This document shows positions 26,855 to 37,259 of a stretch of 64,000 bases of DNA, in pieces. Source of the DNA: Candidatus Poribacteria bacterium. GTDB lineage: Bacteria > Poribacteria > WGA-4E > GCA-2687025. Each line of letters opens with the position of its first letter. The stretch's first letter is position 1. Made by a program: the position numbers and the translations under genes. A model generated the notes under the pieces. The model worked only from the letters and a program-made list of their open reading frames with translations. It was not told where the DNA came from and ran no database searches. The DNA lies in contig OY762492.1 in NCBI GenBank assembly GCA_963665845.2, positions 2,144,001 to 2,208,000 on the forward strand. Reading direction: 5' to 3'.

Positions 26855-28609
26855 ATCGGGAATCTTCGCGCGCTGGCGCCTTATCTGCGGCGGTACAAAA
26901 AAGCGCTGATCGGAAGCGCCGCCTTTCTGATCTTCGGCGAACTCCTCGCGTTCTTCGCCACCATTCTTGTGCGCGACGCCATCGACAGCCTCAACCCTGA
27001 CATAGAGACGCTTTTCAGCGTCAAAACATACGCCGCGCTCATCCTTGGCGCCGCCTGCCTCCAATCAGGCTCCCGCTTCGTCTCCCGCTATATGATGGGA
27101 TGGAGCTCAAGCCGCATCGAATACGAGATGCGCAACCGGTTCTTTGAGCATCTTTTGACCTTAGACAACGCCTACTTCGCGCGTCAAAATGTAGGCGACC
27201 TGCTCGCCCGCGCGGTGAACGACCTGAACGCGGTGCGCAACATGCTCGGACGGACGCTCATGTTTGCCGCCTCCGCCGCGCTGCGTTTGCCGATCGGGCT
27301 GGCGTTTCTGTTCGTCATCGACTGGCGGCTCGCTCTTGCGTCGCTGGCGCCGTTTGCCGCGCTTCCGCCGGTGATGGCGCGCATGTCGACGCGCATCCAT
27401 ACCTTTTTTGAGCAGATACAGGAGCAGTTTGCGCAGATGAACTCCATGACGCGGGAGAGCTTCACAGGCGTTCGAATCGTGAAAGCGTATCTGCGCGAGG
27501 AGAGCGAATCGCGCCGTTTTTCCGAGATGAACGATGTGTATGTGAAACGCAACCAGCGGCTTATTCAATTCGAGTCGCTCATCTTTCCGATCATTCTGTT
27601 CATACCAGGTGTGAGCGCCGCGGTGTCGCTCTGGCTGGGCGGCTGGGGCGTCGCGTCGGACGCGATCACCTTCGGGCAGTTCACGCAGTTCAACTTCATT
27701 CTGATGATGCTCACCTTTCCGATGGCGATCTTCGGGTTCACATGGAGCGGGGCGCAGCGCGCCGCCGCCTCCATGGGACGGCTCAGCGAGATCTTGTCCG
27801 CAAGCCCGACAGTAACCGACGCCGAGCCGATGCCGCTGCCGGAACCGTCCATTCGGGGCGAGATCGCTTTCCGAAACCTCACCTTCCGATACGACGAGGA
27901 GGATGAACGACCGCCGGCGCTGCTAGATGTGAGCCTGCGCATACCGGCGGGGACGACGGCGGCGGTCGTCGGACCGACCGGCAGCGGCAAAAGCTCGCTT
28001 GTCAGCCTGATTCCGCGCCTGCGCCAGGCGGAGGAAGGCTCCGTTCTCATTGACGGGCGCGATGTGCGCTCCTATTCGCTTGAGCATCTGCGTTCGCATA
28101 TCGGTTTTGTTCAACAGGAGGCGTTTCTGTTTTCAGACAGCGTCGCCGACAACCTGCGCTTCGGCGACCCTGAAGCGGACCGGGAAGCGATGATAAACGC
28201 GGCGGAAACGGCGCATCTGCTTCAAGAAATCGAAGGCTTTGCGGACGGGTTCGACACGGAGCTGGGCGAGCGCGGCGCGACCGTCTCCGGCGGACAGCGG
28301 CAGCGAACCTCCATCGCCCGCGCGTTGCTGCGCAAGCCGCGCATACTCATTCTGGACGACGCCTTCGCCTCGGTCGACACGCACACCGAAGAGGCGATCC
28401 TGCATAACCTGCGCGGCGGGCTTGCCGACACAACGGTGGTCATGATCTCGCACCGCGTCTCGACGGTCAAGGACGCCGACAAGATCTTCGTCCTGGACGA
28501 AGGGCGTTTGGTCGAAGAAGGAACGCATGAGGAGCTGATCGCGCAGGGCGGTTTCTACGCCAACCTGCATGAAAAGCAACGGCTGCAGGATGAGCTGGCG
28601 GAGCTGTAA
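26855..28609 (+). CDS. ABC exporter, fused permease/ATPase (MsbA/MdlA-like)
   Basis: GDLLARAVNDL, GPTGSGKS, GERGATVSGGQRQR, LILDDAFASVD, ISHR. The frame extends upstream of GTG 26969 to an ATC preceded by AAGGAG. Confidence 0.92.
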   Translation: MGNLRALAPYLRRYKKALIGSAAFLIFGELLAFFATILVRDAIDSLNPDIETLFSVKTYAALILGAACLQSGSRFVSRYMMGWSSSRIEYEMRNRFFEHLLTLDNAYFARQNVGDLLARAVNDLNAVRNMLGRTLMFAASAALRLPIGLAFLFVIDWRLALASLAPFAALPPVMARMSTRIHTFFEQIQEQFAQMNSMTRESFTGVRIVKAYLREESESRRFSEMNDVYVKRNQRLIQFESLIFPIILFIPGVSAAVSLWLGGWGVASDAITFGQFTQFNFILMMLTFPMAIFGFTWSGAQRAAASMGRLSEILSASPTVTDAEPMPLPEPSIRGEIAFRNLTFRYDEEDERPPALLDVSLRIPAGTTAAVVGPTGSGKSSLVSLIPRLRQAEEGSVLIDGRDVRSYSLEHLRSHIGFVQQEAFLFSDSVADNLRFGDPEADREAMINAAETAHLLQEIEGFADGFDTELGERGATVSGGQRQRTSIARALLRKPRILILDDAFASVDTHTEEAILHNLRGGLADTTVVMISHRVSTVKDADKIFVLDEGRLVEEGTHEELIAQGGFYANLHEKQRLQDELAEL

Positions 28610-28628
28610 AGCCGATCGGCGGCGCCTG

Positions 28629-29723
28629 TTATTCTTCAGCGGGGGCGTTCTCCTCCTTCGGCGGCTCCGCCTCTTTTATCTTGCCCCATTGCGAATGCTT
28701 TTTGCCCGCCGGATCAACGGAGAGGAAGCGGCTCTTGCCCGCCAACACCCAGGACGCGGATCCGACGTATGCGCCATGGGTGATGCGAACAATCTCCTTC
28801 GTATCCGCATGGACGCGGTAAAGATCAATGACGCCTTTATCCTCCATCCTAAACAGCAGCCATTTGCTGTCGGGAGACCATCTGTCTAAAGAGATCACCT
28901 GTTCATCCCGATCGAACACGAGCGGCTCCCAGTTCGTTCCGTCAGCGTTCATGACATGGATTTCTCTCTTATAAGTCTCCGTTCCGTCCGGCTGGGCGAC
29001 TCGCATGTTCACCCTGAACGCGATCCTTTTGCCGTCCGGCGACCATTCAGGCTTTCTTTCATGCAGGCGGGTGTTCGTGAGGTTCACAATGCCGCTTCCG
29101 TCGGCGTTCATGGAGTAGATTTCGTCCGGCGTAAGCGGGTTGTATTTCCCGTCCGGCGTGTCCTCTTCAGCATAGAACGCGATCTTCTTGCCGTCTCCGG
29201 AGACCGACGCCCAACCCTCAAGTTTCTCAGGCGATTTGGTGATATTGACGAGCGTCAGCTTTTCTAGATGAAGAATGTAGATGTCGGAAAGAGTTGAAAG
29301 ATCCGCAGTAGTGAAACCGCGGCATGCAAACTGCCTCCCGTTCGGGAACCACCAGGCGGCGGAATAGTAGATGCGGATGCCTTTCACCCTGAGCCGCTCC
29401 GTGATGTTCGTCATGCGCCCTGTTTCCAGATCCAGGATGTAATGCGTGTAGCCGTTTCCTACGAGCATGGAGGCGCGACGGCCGTCTCGACTCCATTGAG
29501 CAGGTAAATTGAAGTCGCCCTTGATCCAGAGCCGTTCGTTTTGTCCGTCCCAGTCGATCAGATACAGCCCTTCTGCGGCACGGTAACAGACGGTCGGTTT
29601 TGTCAGCTTCGTCACATCTTCGAGCGGCTCAAGATCGTTTCCGACAGCGGCGGCGGAGAGCAGAGCGAACAGGCTGATCGCCGCAAAAACAGCGCGCGGC
29701 TTTGAGAAATTAAAGAATGTCAT
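28629..29723 (-). CDS. Secreted TolB-like (PD40) beta-propeller, paralog of 25610-26719
   Basis: Signal peptide; EDVTKLTKPT shared with the paralog; WSPDG repeats; C-terminus WVLAGKSRFLSVDPAGKKHSQWGKIK. Confidence 0.87.
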   Translation of the reverse strand: MTFFNFSKPRAVFAAISLFALLSAAAVGNDLEPLEDVTKLTKPTVCYRAAEGLYLIDWDGQNERLWIKGDFNLPAQWSRDGRRASMLVGNGYTHYILDLETGRMTNITERLRVKGIRIYYSAAWWFPNGRQFACRGFTTADLSTLSDIYILHLEKLTLVNITKSPEKLEGWASVSGDGKKIAFYAEEDTPDGKYNPLTPDEIYSMNADGSGIVNLTNTRLHERKPEWSPDGKRIAFRVNMRVAQPDGTETYKREIHVMNADGTNWEPLVFDRDEQVISLDRWSPDSKWLLFRMEDKGVIDLYRVHADTKEIVRITHGAYVGSASWVLAGKSRFLSVDPAGKKHSQWGKIKEAEPPKEENAPAEE

Positions 29724-29777
29724 GTCATGCTCCTTTCTGCAGAAGCGGGGCGTTCGCGCCGAACACGCATGTCTCGG

Positions 29778-32700
29778 CTAAGGCGCTTCATCCTCCGCCG
29801 CGCCGTCGTCCTGCGATCCGCCCGTTGACCCGCCCGTTGACCCGCTGAGGGCGCGGTAGTAGGCGCGTATGAGGCGGCGGAACCGGTCGGGCGTTTCGAT
29901 CTCGCTCATCTCGCGCATGGCGCCTTCAAACGTCTCGGCGATCTTGTCCCAGTCGTCCCGCTCCGCGCCTTCTTGACCGCCGAAGACGCGCTCCGCGACA
30001 GACGCTTTTCGGTTCTCGCCCTCCTGCCGCTTCTCTAGCGACTTGGCGCTCTCCAGCATGCGCGTCTCGATGCGCCGCATTCGTTCCAACACCTCTTGAT
30101 TCAGCTCGCCCGACTCGATGCGGCTCTGGACATCCTTCATCTCATCCCCGACGCCGCCGAGGCTCTCCGCCATTTGTCCGTACCGCTCCATCCGCTCCTC
30201 AAGCCGCTCAAACGCCTCCCGTATGAGAGACTGCTCAAACGCAAGCCGCTCCATCGTCTGCTGTCCGCTCGGCGTCTGCCCCTGTTCGCGCATCATCTGC
30301 TCAATCTGCTCCGCAAGGTCGTTCACGTCGCCCTGCCCCTCCGCCAGCTGCTGCAGCTGGTCAAGCATGCTCTGCGCGCCGGAGTTCTGCATCTGCGCGT
30401 TCAGCGCGTCCAGCGTTTTCAACATCGCCAGCGCCGCCGCGTTGACGCGCCCCATCGTTTCGCGCTGAATCGGGATCGCCATGTCCAGTTCGTTGTCGGC
30501 AAACGCGGCGGAGCTTCTTTCGGCGGCGTATTGGGCGTCCTGCAGTTTCCAGAACAGCTCCAGCGGTATCTGCGTCTCTTCGGAGCTGAGCGCCTGCAGC
30601 TCCTCGGCGACGGCGCCGACCCCGTCGGCAAGTATCTTTTCGTCCAGCGCCAGATCGTTGTAGTCGGCGGCGTAGGGACGAATGCGGCGCGCCTCCGCCG
30701 CCTGTTCAATCAGCGTTTCCTGATCGCTGGACAGGCTGATCGCCTGCCGAAGCGCGCCGCGCAGCGCTTTCAAGATCTCCTCGCCCCCCTCGCCGTCCAT
30801 ATACGCCAGCGCGTTGTCTAAGTCCTGCTCCATGCGGCGCAGTTCGCCCAGCGCCTCGGAGGCGGGGCTTTGCGCCTCCTGCGGCTTCGCCTCTTCAAGA
30901 CGCTCCTGCGCTTCCGACAGATTCGCCGACAGACCCCGCTCCTCCGCTTCGCGCATGGAGCGGCGTATATCCTCGGCGATCTCCTCGGTCGATTCCTCCT
31001 CCGCTAAGCCGTCCGCCGCTTTTGTCATCTGCGTCAACAGCTCTTTAGAGTCGTCCCCAATCTGCTGTTCCTGTTTTGCGAGCCGATCTGTCGTTTGCCG
31101 TTCCGTCTCTTGGTCGCCTTCGTTTTGGCGCGCCGCCTCTTCGGTTTGTTCAACCACCGTCTCTTGACGCTCCACAAGGTCTTCAGCCATGCGGCGCGCC
31201 TTCTCCAGCTCCTGTCGGGTCTGCATCTTTTCCAAGGCGCGTATCATCTGTTCGATCCGCTCCTCAAACTTTTGCTGGTCAAAATTTGCCGCCATCATCT
31301 GCTGCTGACGCTCTTCAAACGGGCGTTTTTCCAGCGCCTGCTGCAGCTTCTGCATCGCCGCTTTCAGCTCTTCGGTCGCCACCTGCTCCATGAGACGCTG
31401 CATTTCCGCCACCTTTTCCAGAGCTTCCATGCTCAACAGCTCGTTCTTTTCCGCCTCTTGGATCGTTTCCTGCATCTCTTCAACGAGACGCGCCCTGTCC
31501 TCCTCCACCTGATTCTGAAGCTCCAGCGCTTGCTGCAGCTCTTTTTCGTCCTGAAGCGTCAACTTCTTTTCGGCGCGCGACCGCTCAATGACGCCGTCGA
31601 CAAGGCTGTTCGCTTCCTCCTGCGCGTCCCGCATTGACTGCAGCAGATCCGCCTGCGTTTGACGGCTTTGCGAGACCGCGTTGAACATTTCCGCCATGGA
31701 CGGCAAGCGAATCGTCCGCGTCGGTGAGACAGCGCGTTTCGGTCCGTTCACCGTGTCGTTGTCGAACGCCTCGATGTAGTACGAAACGACATCGCCGGGG
31801 AACAGATCCAACGCGGACAAATCCCACAGATGCGAAGCGCGGACGATCGGCTCCGCCTTATCATAACGCCCCAGCGAAACCGTTCCGCTTGTCTCTCCGC
31901 GCGTGTACTGTAGACGTATGAGCGAGACGCCGAAATCGTCCGACGCTTCCGCTTCCAGCTGAACCGTCATCGTTCTGTCCAGGTCCGCGTTTTTTCCAGG
32001 GCGAAGGTCCAGAACGGACGGGTATTCGTCCTTGACAGCGTAGACGATGAATTCAGGCGGGTTTGCGTTTTCCGTTTCCTGTTGGTCTTTTAAAAGAATG
32101 CGGTACCGGTCGCTCTCTTCCACGATGAATTGTCCGCTGAAGTTTTGTCCGTCGATCTTGAGCGGCAGCGGTTCTCCCTGTTGAAACTCAAGCGAGGCGG
32201 AGGAGAGATCGGCGGAGGCTTCGCCGCGCATCTCGACGCGCGAGCCGACCAGCGCCGCGATGTCGCCCTGATCAGTTTCCAACGTTTTGACGCCCAGCCC
32301 GCTGTAAGACGGAAAATGAATCGAGGCGGAGAGGCGGTCTACGGCGGGCGGGTTCAACAGCTCAATGGCGTAGGTCTCCGACGCTTCATCTCCGACGCGG
32401 GCGCGGTATTCCATCCGGTCGGCGACGCCGCGTATGACCGCCGCGTATTTTCCGGCGGGCGCCGCGTTCATCGGCTCTGTCGGGACGGTCAGCCATGCCC
32501 CCGCTTCGCCGTCTGCGCCTGCCGCGCGCGTCTCCACAACGGGGCTTTCAGGCGCGTTGCCGGTCAGCTGAACATAAACGTTCACATCCTCCCCGCGCGC
32601 CGCGGATGTGTTGCCAGGCTCAATCGATTCAAACTCCCAGCTGAACGCTTCGGCGGGCGAGAACATCCACTCTCCCGCGTCGGAGAGCGCCGCCAGACCG

Positions 32701-33230
32701 AGCGCCAACGCGAGAGCCGTCAAAACCGACGCGCCGCCCGCCCATGCCAGCCCGACCAAAGCGCGCCGCCGCTCCTTCGCCCAAACGACGCCGGAACGAA
32801 CGCCTTCAAACGCCGCAAACCCTTTTTCAATGGAAAGGCGCGTCAAGCCCTCGTCGTAGCCGAGGCTGCGCATCTTCTCGCGTCGGTTATGCAGCTGCAG
32901 CGCGCCGAGAAAATGCGTCCGCGCGGACGGATACGCATCCTCCACATGCCCGGCGACATCCTCCTCGGACATGCGGCGTATGCTGGATCGGCGCCATTCG
33001 CGCCGGGCGTAAAAAACCTGCGCCGCCGTCCATAAAAGCAGCAGCGCGATGCGAAACTGCCATGGCGCATGGGACAGCGCATGCGCGTTTATCCAGACCG
33101 CCGCGAGACCGGACGCGAGCAAAAAAGCGCCGAAACGCAGCGCGAAACCGCCCAGCGTGTAAAGCGAGCGCGCCCGCTTCAATCGTTTCAAACGGGTCTG
33201 AATTCTTGCGTCGTTCTGCGGCGTATTCAT
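29778..33230 (-). CDS. DUF4175-like membrane protein with Ig-like domains and a long Gln/Glu-rich coiled coil
   Basis: Three N-terminal TM segments; PSYSGL, ASDDFGVS, PGDVVSYYIEAFDND; C-terminus FRRLIRAYYRAL. Confidence 0.75.
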   Translation of the reverse strand: MNTPQNDARIQTRLKRLKRARSLYTLGGFALRFGAFLLASGLAAVWINAHALSHAPWQFRIALLLLWTAAQVFYARREWRRSSIRRMSEEDVAGHVEDAYPSARTHFLGALQLHNRREKMRSLGYDEGLTRLSIEKGFAAFEGVRSGVVWAKERRRALVGLAWAGGASVLTALALALGLAALSDAGEWMFSPAEAFSWEFESIEPGNTSAARGEDVNVYVQLTGNAPESPVVETRAAGADGEAGAWLTVPTEPMNAAPAGKYAAVIRGVADRMEYRARVGDEASETYAIELLNPPAVDRLSASIHFPSYSGLGVKTLETDQGDIAALVGSRVEMRGEASADLSSASLEFQQGEPLPLKIDGQNFSGQFIVEESDRYRILLKDQQETENANPPEFIVYAVKDEYPSVLDLRPGKNADLDRTMTVQLEAEASDDFGVSLIRLQYTRGETSGTVSLGRYDKAEPIVRASHLWDLSALDLFPGDVVSYYIEAFDNDTVNGPKRAVSPTRTIRLPSMAEMFNAVSQSRQTQADLLQSMRDAQEEANSLVDGVIERSRAEKKLTLQDEKELQQALELQNQVEEDRARLVEEMQETIQEAEKNELLSMEALEKVAEMQRLMEQVATEELKAAMQKLQQALEKRPFEERQQQMMAANFDQQKFEERIEQMIRALEKMQTRQELEKARRMAEDLVERQETVVEQTEEAARQNEGDQETERQTTDRLAKQEQQIGDDSKELLTQMTKAADGLAEEESTEEIAEDIRRSMREAEERGLSANLSEAQERLEEAKPQEAQSPASEALGELRRMEQDLDNALAYMDGEGGEEILKALRGALRQAISLSSDQETLIEQAAEARRIRPYAADYNDLALDEKILADGVGAVAEELQALSSEETQIPLELFWKLQDAQYAAERSSAAFADNELDMAIPIQRETMGRVNAAALAMLKTLDALNAQMQNSGAQSMLDQLQQLAEGQGDVNDLAEQIEQMMREQGQTPSGQQTMERLAFEQSLIREAFERLEERMERYGQMAESLGGVGDEMKDVQSRIESGELNQEVLERMRRIETRMLESAKSLEKRQEGENRKASVAERVFGGQEGAERDDWDKIAETFEGAMREMSEIETPDRFRRLIRAYYRALSGSTGGSTGGSQDDGAAEDEAP

Positions 33231-33240
33231 AGCGGGAACC

Positions 33241-33894
33241 TTATCGTGTGAGGGCGTAGACAGCGATGTTGACCGCCATCTTGACGGCGTATTCTCGGAT
33301 GTCGGGCGGGTCGTTATGGACATCGCCCGCCTCTAATCCGTCTCCGATGTCGGCGCTCCAGGCGTAAAAAACGGCGAGCCGTCCGTCCACAAAGACGCCG
33401 AATCCTTGGGCGGGGTCGCCGTCATGTTCGTGTACTTTTGGGAGTCCCGGCAAGCTGTAAAAGGCGCGGTAGATCGGATGGGAGGCAGGTATCGGTTGAA
33501 GAGGGCGGCGGGGAAAGACGCGCGCGATCTCCCGGCGGAAGCTGGCGTCCAAGCCGTAGTCGTCGTTCACAAACAGGAATCCGCCCGCCAAGATATGCAG
33601 GCGCAGCGCTTCCGCTTCGGCGTCCGTGAAACGTATGTTTCCGTGTCCGTTGATATACAGAAACGGGGTTTTGTACAGCTCTCGGTCGGCGAGGCGGACG
33701 GGGCGCGCCTCTTTTTCTACAGGAATGCGGACGCGCGCCCCGATCTCGCGCAGCCAGTTGGAGATGGAGGTTCGGCTGGAGTACCAGTCGCCTCCGCCGC
33801 CGTAATGCACCTGTCCGATCGCAAACGGCTGCTGCGCCGCCGCCGTCCAACAGAACCCTAAAACGGCAACCGTCAACCCAATCCGAATTCTCAT
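33241..33894 (-). CDS. DUF4159 domain protein
   Basis: YGGGGDWY, PFLYINGHGN, GGFLFVNDDYGLD, GLPKVHEHDG, DIGDG, NIAVYAL. Confidence 0.85.
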   Translation of the reverse strand: MRIRIGLTVAVLGFCWTAAAQQPFAIGQVHYGGGGDWYSSRTSISNWLREIGARVRIPVEKEARPVRLADRELYKTPFLYINGHGNIRFTDAEAEALRLHILAGGFLFVNDDYGLDASFRREIARVFPRRPLQPIPASHPIYRAFYSLPGLPKVHEHDGDPAQGFGVFVDGRLAVFYAWSADIGDGLEAGDVHNDPPDIREYAVKMAVNIAVYALTR

Positions 33895-36086
33895 GCCAGC
33901 CCCTTTCGTTTTCGCAAAGCCCATTCCGCCGACAGCAGCCCGACGATGAGCAGCAGCGCAAACGGGTTGTCCCATACTGATTCGCGGTAACGTATCTCGC
34001 GCGTTTCGCTTTTTTCTTTTAAAAGCGGAAGGATCGAGTCGATCTGTTGAATGTCCACATAGGCGCCGCCTGTAGAGTCGGCTAACGCCTGTAAAAACGG
34101 TTCGTCCCGATACGCCCGTTCAAACTCGATCTGGGGGGCGGCGGCGTTGAACGACGCCTCGTCCTCTCCGAGGGCGGTTCCGCCGGCGGAGGCGGACGCC
34201 GCGACCCGGTATTCGCCAGGGTCGGAGGCGCGGACAAAGGTTTCAAACACTCCAGGTTCGCTCTCGGAGGCGGAGACCGGCAGCGAGGAAGGGCGTCCGT
34301 TCGGGTCGATAACGGTCGCGTCCACGGCGGCGTTCGGGGCGGGTTGAAAGCCCGGCAGATAGGCGCGTATTTCGATGCGCGCCGTTTCGCCGGCTTCGTA
34401 GGCGCGCCGTTCAGGCGAGACGACCACCTGCCGCGCCGACGCAGGCGTCGCAAGCCAGCGGGCAGCCAACGCCCAGAACTGGTCAAACAGCCGCTCTTCG
34501 CCGCTTTCCGCCGGCGCCGCCATGCCCCATACCCATGTGGAATCGGAGCCGACGAACAGCGACTTCCCCGCGCCGACGCGCTGCGCCGCCAGAACAGGCG
34601 TCAAGGAGCGGGTCGACTCGACAAGCGTCTCGGCGCCCGGTTTTGCCGTTAAGCCGGTGTAAAGGCGCGTCCAGAGCGGCATGCGGCTCCATGCCCGGTC
34701 GTTTTCCGAGAGGACGGGAGCCAGCTGCGTCGCGGGATGGCGGCGCCCCGCCTCGGTCAGGCGCGGCATGAAGTCGGACGAATCGGGGCGTACCGGCAGC
34801 GCGCCTGTTGAAACGGGCAGCATCGGCTCCAGCGGACTCATCGGCAGGGACGGGTTCAGCCACGCCTCCTCGGCGAGCCATGCGACGCCCGCCCCGCGCT
34901 CCTCCACCGCCTCGATCAGCGCCGCATGAAAACCGGCGGGCAGCTGCGCCAGCGATACGCCGCCGATAATGAACAGATCGTAACGGGAGAGCGCGTCCGG
35001 TTCCAACGAGACCGACTCGGAGCCGAAAAGCGGGTACCTGCCGGTCTGCGCCGGCAGCGATTCAGGAGAAAGAGACGCGGGCGGCGCCAGCAAAACGGCG
35101 CTAAGGTCGATGTTCGGAACGCGGCTAAGCGCCCGGCGGACAGCGGCAAACTCATGGCGCGGTTTTCCGTCAATGAAAAGGGCGCGGATGCGTCCGCGCA
35201 TGACGCTCACCGACGCCGCGCTTTCGTTGTTCACTTCGGTCAATTCGCCCTCCGCCGGCGACACGCGCGCCGCGTATCGAACATCGCCCTCCTTTGCCGG
35301 TACGTCTTTAAAAACAAGCTGAAACGTTTCCGACTCGGAGGCGGGAACGATCTTTTGCGATCCAATCAGCGCATTTCCGCGAAAAAGGCTGACAAGCGTT
35401 TCGCGCCCCGCATAGCCATGGATGGAGCCTTCCACCGTCAAAACCGCCTCTTCCTCGACAAACATGACCGGGGGCGCCTGCACAGAGGAGACGGCGATGT
35501 CGCGCGGGGGCGTTGGGCTGCCGACTCCGACCGTAAAGACGGAAACGCCCGATTCTTCAGCCAAGCGGCGCGCCGGTCCGGCGTTTTGTCCGCCGTCGCT
35601 GATGAGAACCGCGCCGGCAGACGGGTAACCCATCGCCGCGGCGCCCGCCTCTTCAACCGCCGTCAAAATGTCGGTGGAGCGTCCGTTTGGGCTGCCGAGG
35701 CGTTCGATGTCGACCCGATGGAGCCTGTCGGAGAACGCATAGACGCGCAGGTCGAACCGCTCCTCAAGGCGCGGGGCGATCCGTTGGGCGGCTTCCGCCG
35801 CGGCGCTCCATCGGGTTTGCCCCTGTTCATCCTGTATCGACATGCTTTGGGAGGCGTCGATGAGCAGCAGCGCGAGCGGGCGGATGCGCTCCAGCTGAAC
35901 GGCGGCGCGCGTCGGGTTGAGCAGGCACAGGATGAGCAGCGCCGCCGCCGAAGCGCGCAGCCCGATCATCCACGCAAGGGCGCCTGGCGCGACGCGCCGG
36001 CGCGAGCGCAGATACGCCGCCGCCGACACCGCCGCCGCAACAGCCGCCGCCGCAAGATACGCCCAAGAGGTTCCGCCAAAATTCAT
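33891..36086 (-). CDS. Membrane protein with vWA domain and glutamine-amidotransferase-like domain
   Basis: MIDAS-like IDASQSMS, LISDGGQN; GAGKSLFVG..TWVW; C-terminus LLSAEWALRKRKGLA. Confidence 0.8.
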   Translation of the reverse strand: MNFGGTSWAYLAAAAVAAAVSAAAYLRSRRRVAPGALAWMIGLRASAAALLILCLLNPTRAAVQLERIRPLALLLIDASQSMSIQDEQGQTRWSAAAEAAQRIAPRLEERFDLRVYAFSDRLHRVDIERLGSPNGRSTDILTAVEEAGAAAMGYPSAGAVLISDGGQNAGPARRLAEESGVSVFTVGVGSPTPPRDIAVSSVQAPPVMFVEEEAVLTVEGSIHGYAGRETLVSLFRGNALIGSQKIVPASESETFQLVFKDVPAKEGDVRYAARVSPAEGELTEVNNESAASVSVMRGRIRALFIDGKPRHEFAAVRRALSRVPNIDLSAVLLAPPASLSPESLPAQTGRYPLFGSESVSLEPDALSRYDLFIIGGVSLAQLPAGFHAALIEAVEERGAGVAWLAEEAWLNPSLPMSPLEPMLPVSTGALPVRPDSSDFMPRLTEAGRRHPATQLAPVLSENDRAWSRMPLWTRLYTGLTAKPGAETLVESTRSLTPVLAAQRVGAGKSLFVGSDSTWVWGMAAPAESGEERLFDQFWALAARWLATPASARQVVVSPERRAYEAGETARIEIRAYLPGFQPAPNAAVDATVIDPNGRPSSLPVSASESEPGVFETFVRASDPGEYRVAASASAGGTALGEDEASFNAAAPQIEFERAYRDEPFLQALADSTGGAYVDIQQIDSILPLLKEKSETREIRYRESVWDNPFALLLIVGLLSAEWALRKRKGLA

Positions 36087-36356
36087 AAAGCGCCCTGTGA
36101 AGTCGCCGCGCGATGCGCAGTATGCATAAGTATAACGAAGCGCGCCTGTTTTGGCAAAGCGCGCCTCTCACCTTACGTCTATAGTTGGGACACGGCGGCG
36201 GGCGAACGCGGACGTCTTCATCGCCGCCTCTAGATTCCCGCTTGCGCGGGAATGACACGGAGAGGGCGCGGGAATGATGCTCCGCTTGCGTTAAGCCTGA
36301 AACGCGGTATCATGCCCCTTGCGCAAACGGAACGGCGAAGATGAAAGGAGCGGCGC

Positions 36357-37259
36357 ATGAAGGTACTGATCACCGGCGCGAGCGGGCGCCTAGGTCCGTA
36401 TGTGATACGGGAATTGCGGGAGCGTTACGAACTTGTGTTGACATCGCGCCGCCCGCCGGACGAGGAGTTCTCCGACCTGCCATGGATAAAGGCGGACCTG
36501 AACTCGTACGAAGACTGCCAAAAAGCGGTCAAGGGCGTTCAGGCGATTCAGCATCTCGGCGCGCAGCCGAACCCTGTCGATCACCCGAACATACGCCCCC
36601 GCGCCGAAGACCAGGGCGTCCGGTTCGACGCCACCTTCCGCACCAACATGCTCGGAACCTACTATCTCATGCAGGCGGCGGTTGACGAGGGGGTCTCGCG
36701 CGTCGTTTTATGCGGAAGCAATTGCGCCCTAGGGCATGGATTCCGCATCAGCGACAGCCCATTTCCGATCGACTATCTGCCGATCGACGAGAACCATCCA
36801 TGTTACCCTGAAGATTCGTACAGCTACTCCAAAAACGCCGGCGAGGATCTGATGGCGATGTACGCCCGCGCCTACGGCATCCGCACCAGCGTCACGCGCC
36901 CCGCCGGCATCTGCCCCCCTGAACGGCGCGCCCAGATGAACGCCAACGCGCGCCCGGCAGGCGGATGGACGCCATGGCTCTATTGCTGGGTCGGCAGCGA
37001 GGATGTTGCCTCCGCCCACCGGCTGCTCATGGAGGCGGCTGATGAACTGCCCCCTTACGGCGCCTACTTTGTGAACGCGGACGACACCTCCGCCCTAGAG
37101 CCGTCCGCCGAGCTGGTGGAACGGTTCAACCCAGAACTAGCGCCGCTCGCCCGGCATATGGAGGGGCATGAGTCGTTCATCAAATGCGATCTCATCAAGC
37201 GAATGACCGGATGGACGCATACGACCTCATGGCGCGGCGCGCAGGGAACGGCGGAATGA
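36357..37259 (+). CDS. NAD-dependent epimerase/dehydratase
   Basis: SD AAGGAG; LITGASGRLG; YSYSK catalytic YxxxK. Confidence 0.88.
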   Translation: MKVLITGASGRLGPYVIRELRERYELVLTSRRPPDEEFSDLPWIKADLNSYEDCQKAVKGVQAIQHLGAQPNPVDHPNIRPRAEDQGVRFDATFRTNMLGTYYLMQAAVDEGVSRVVLCGSNCALGHGFRISDSPFPIDYLPIDENHPCYPEDSYSYSKNAGEDLMAMYARAYGIRTSVTRPAGICPPERRAQMNANARPAGGWTPWLYCWVGSEDVASAHRLLMEAADELPPYGAYFVNADDTSALEPSAELVERFNPELAPLARHMEGHESFIKCDLIKRMTGWTHTTSWRGAQGTAE

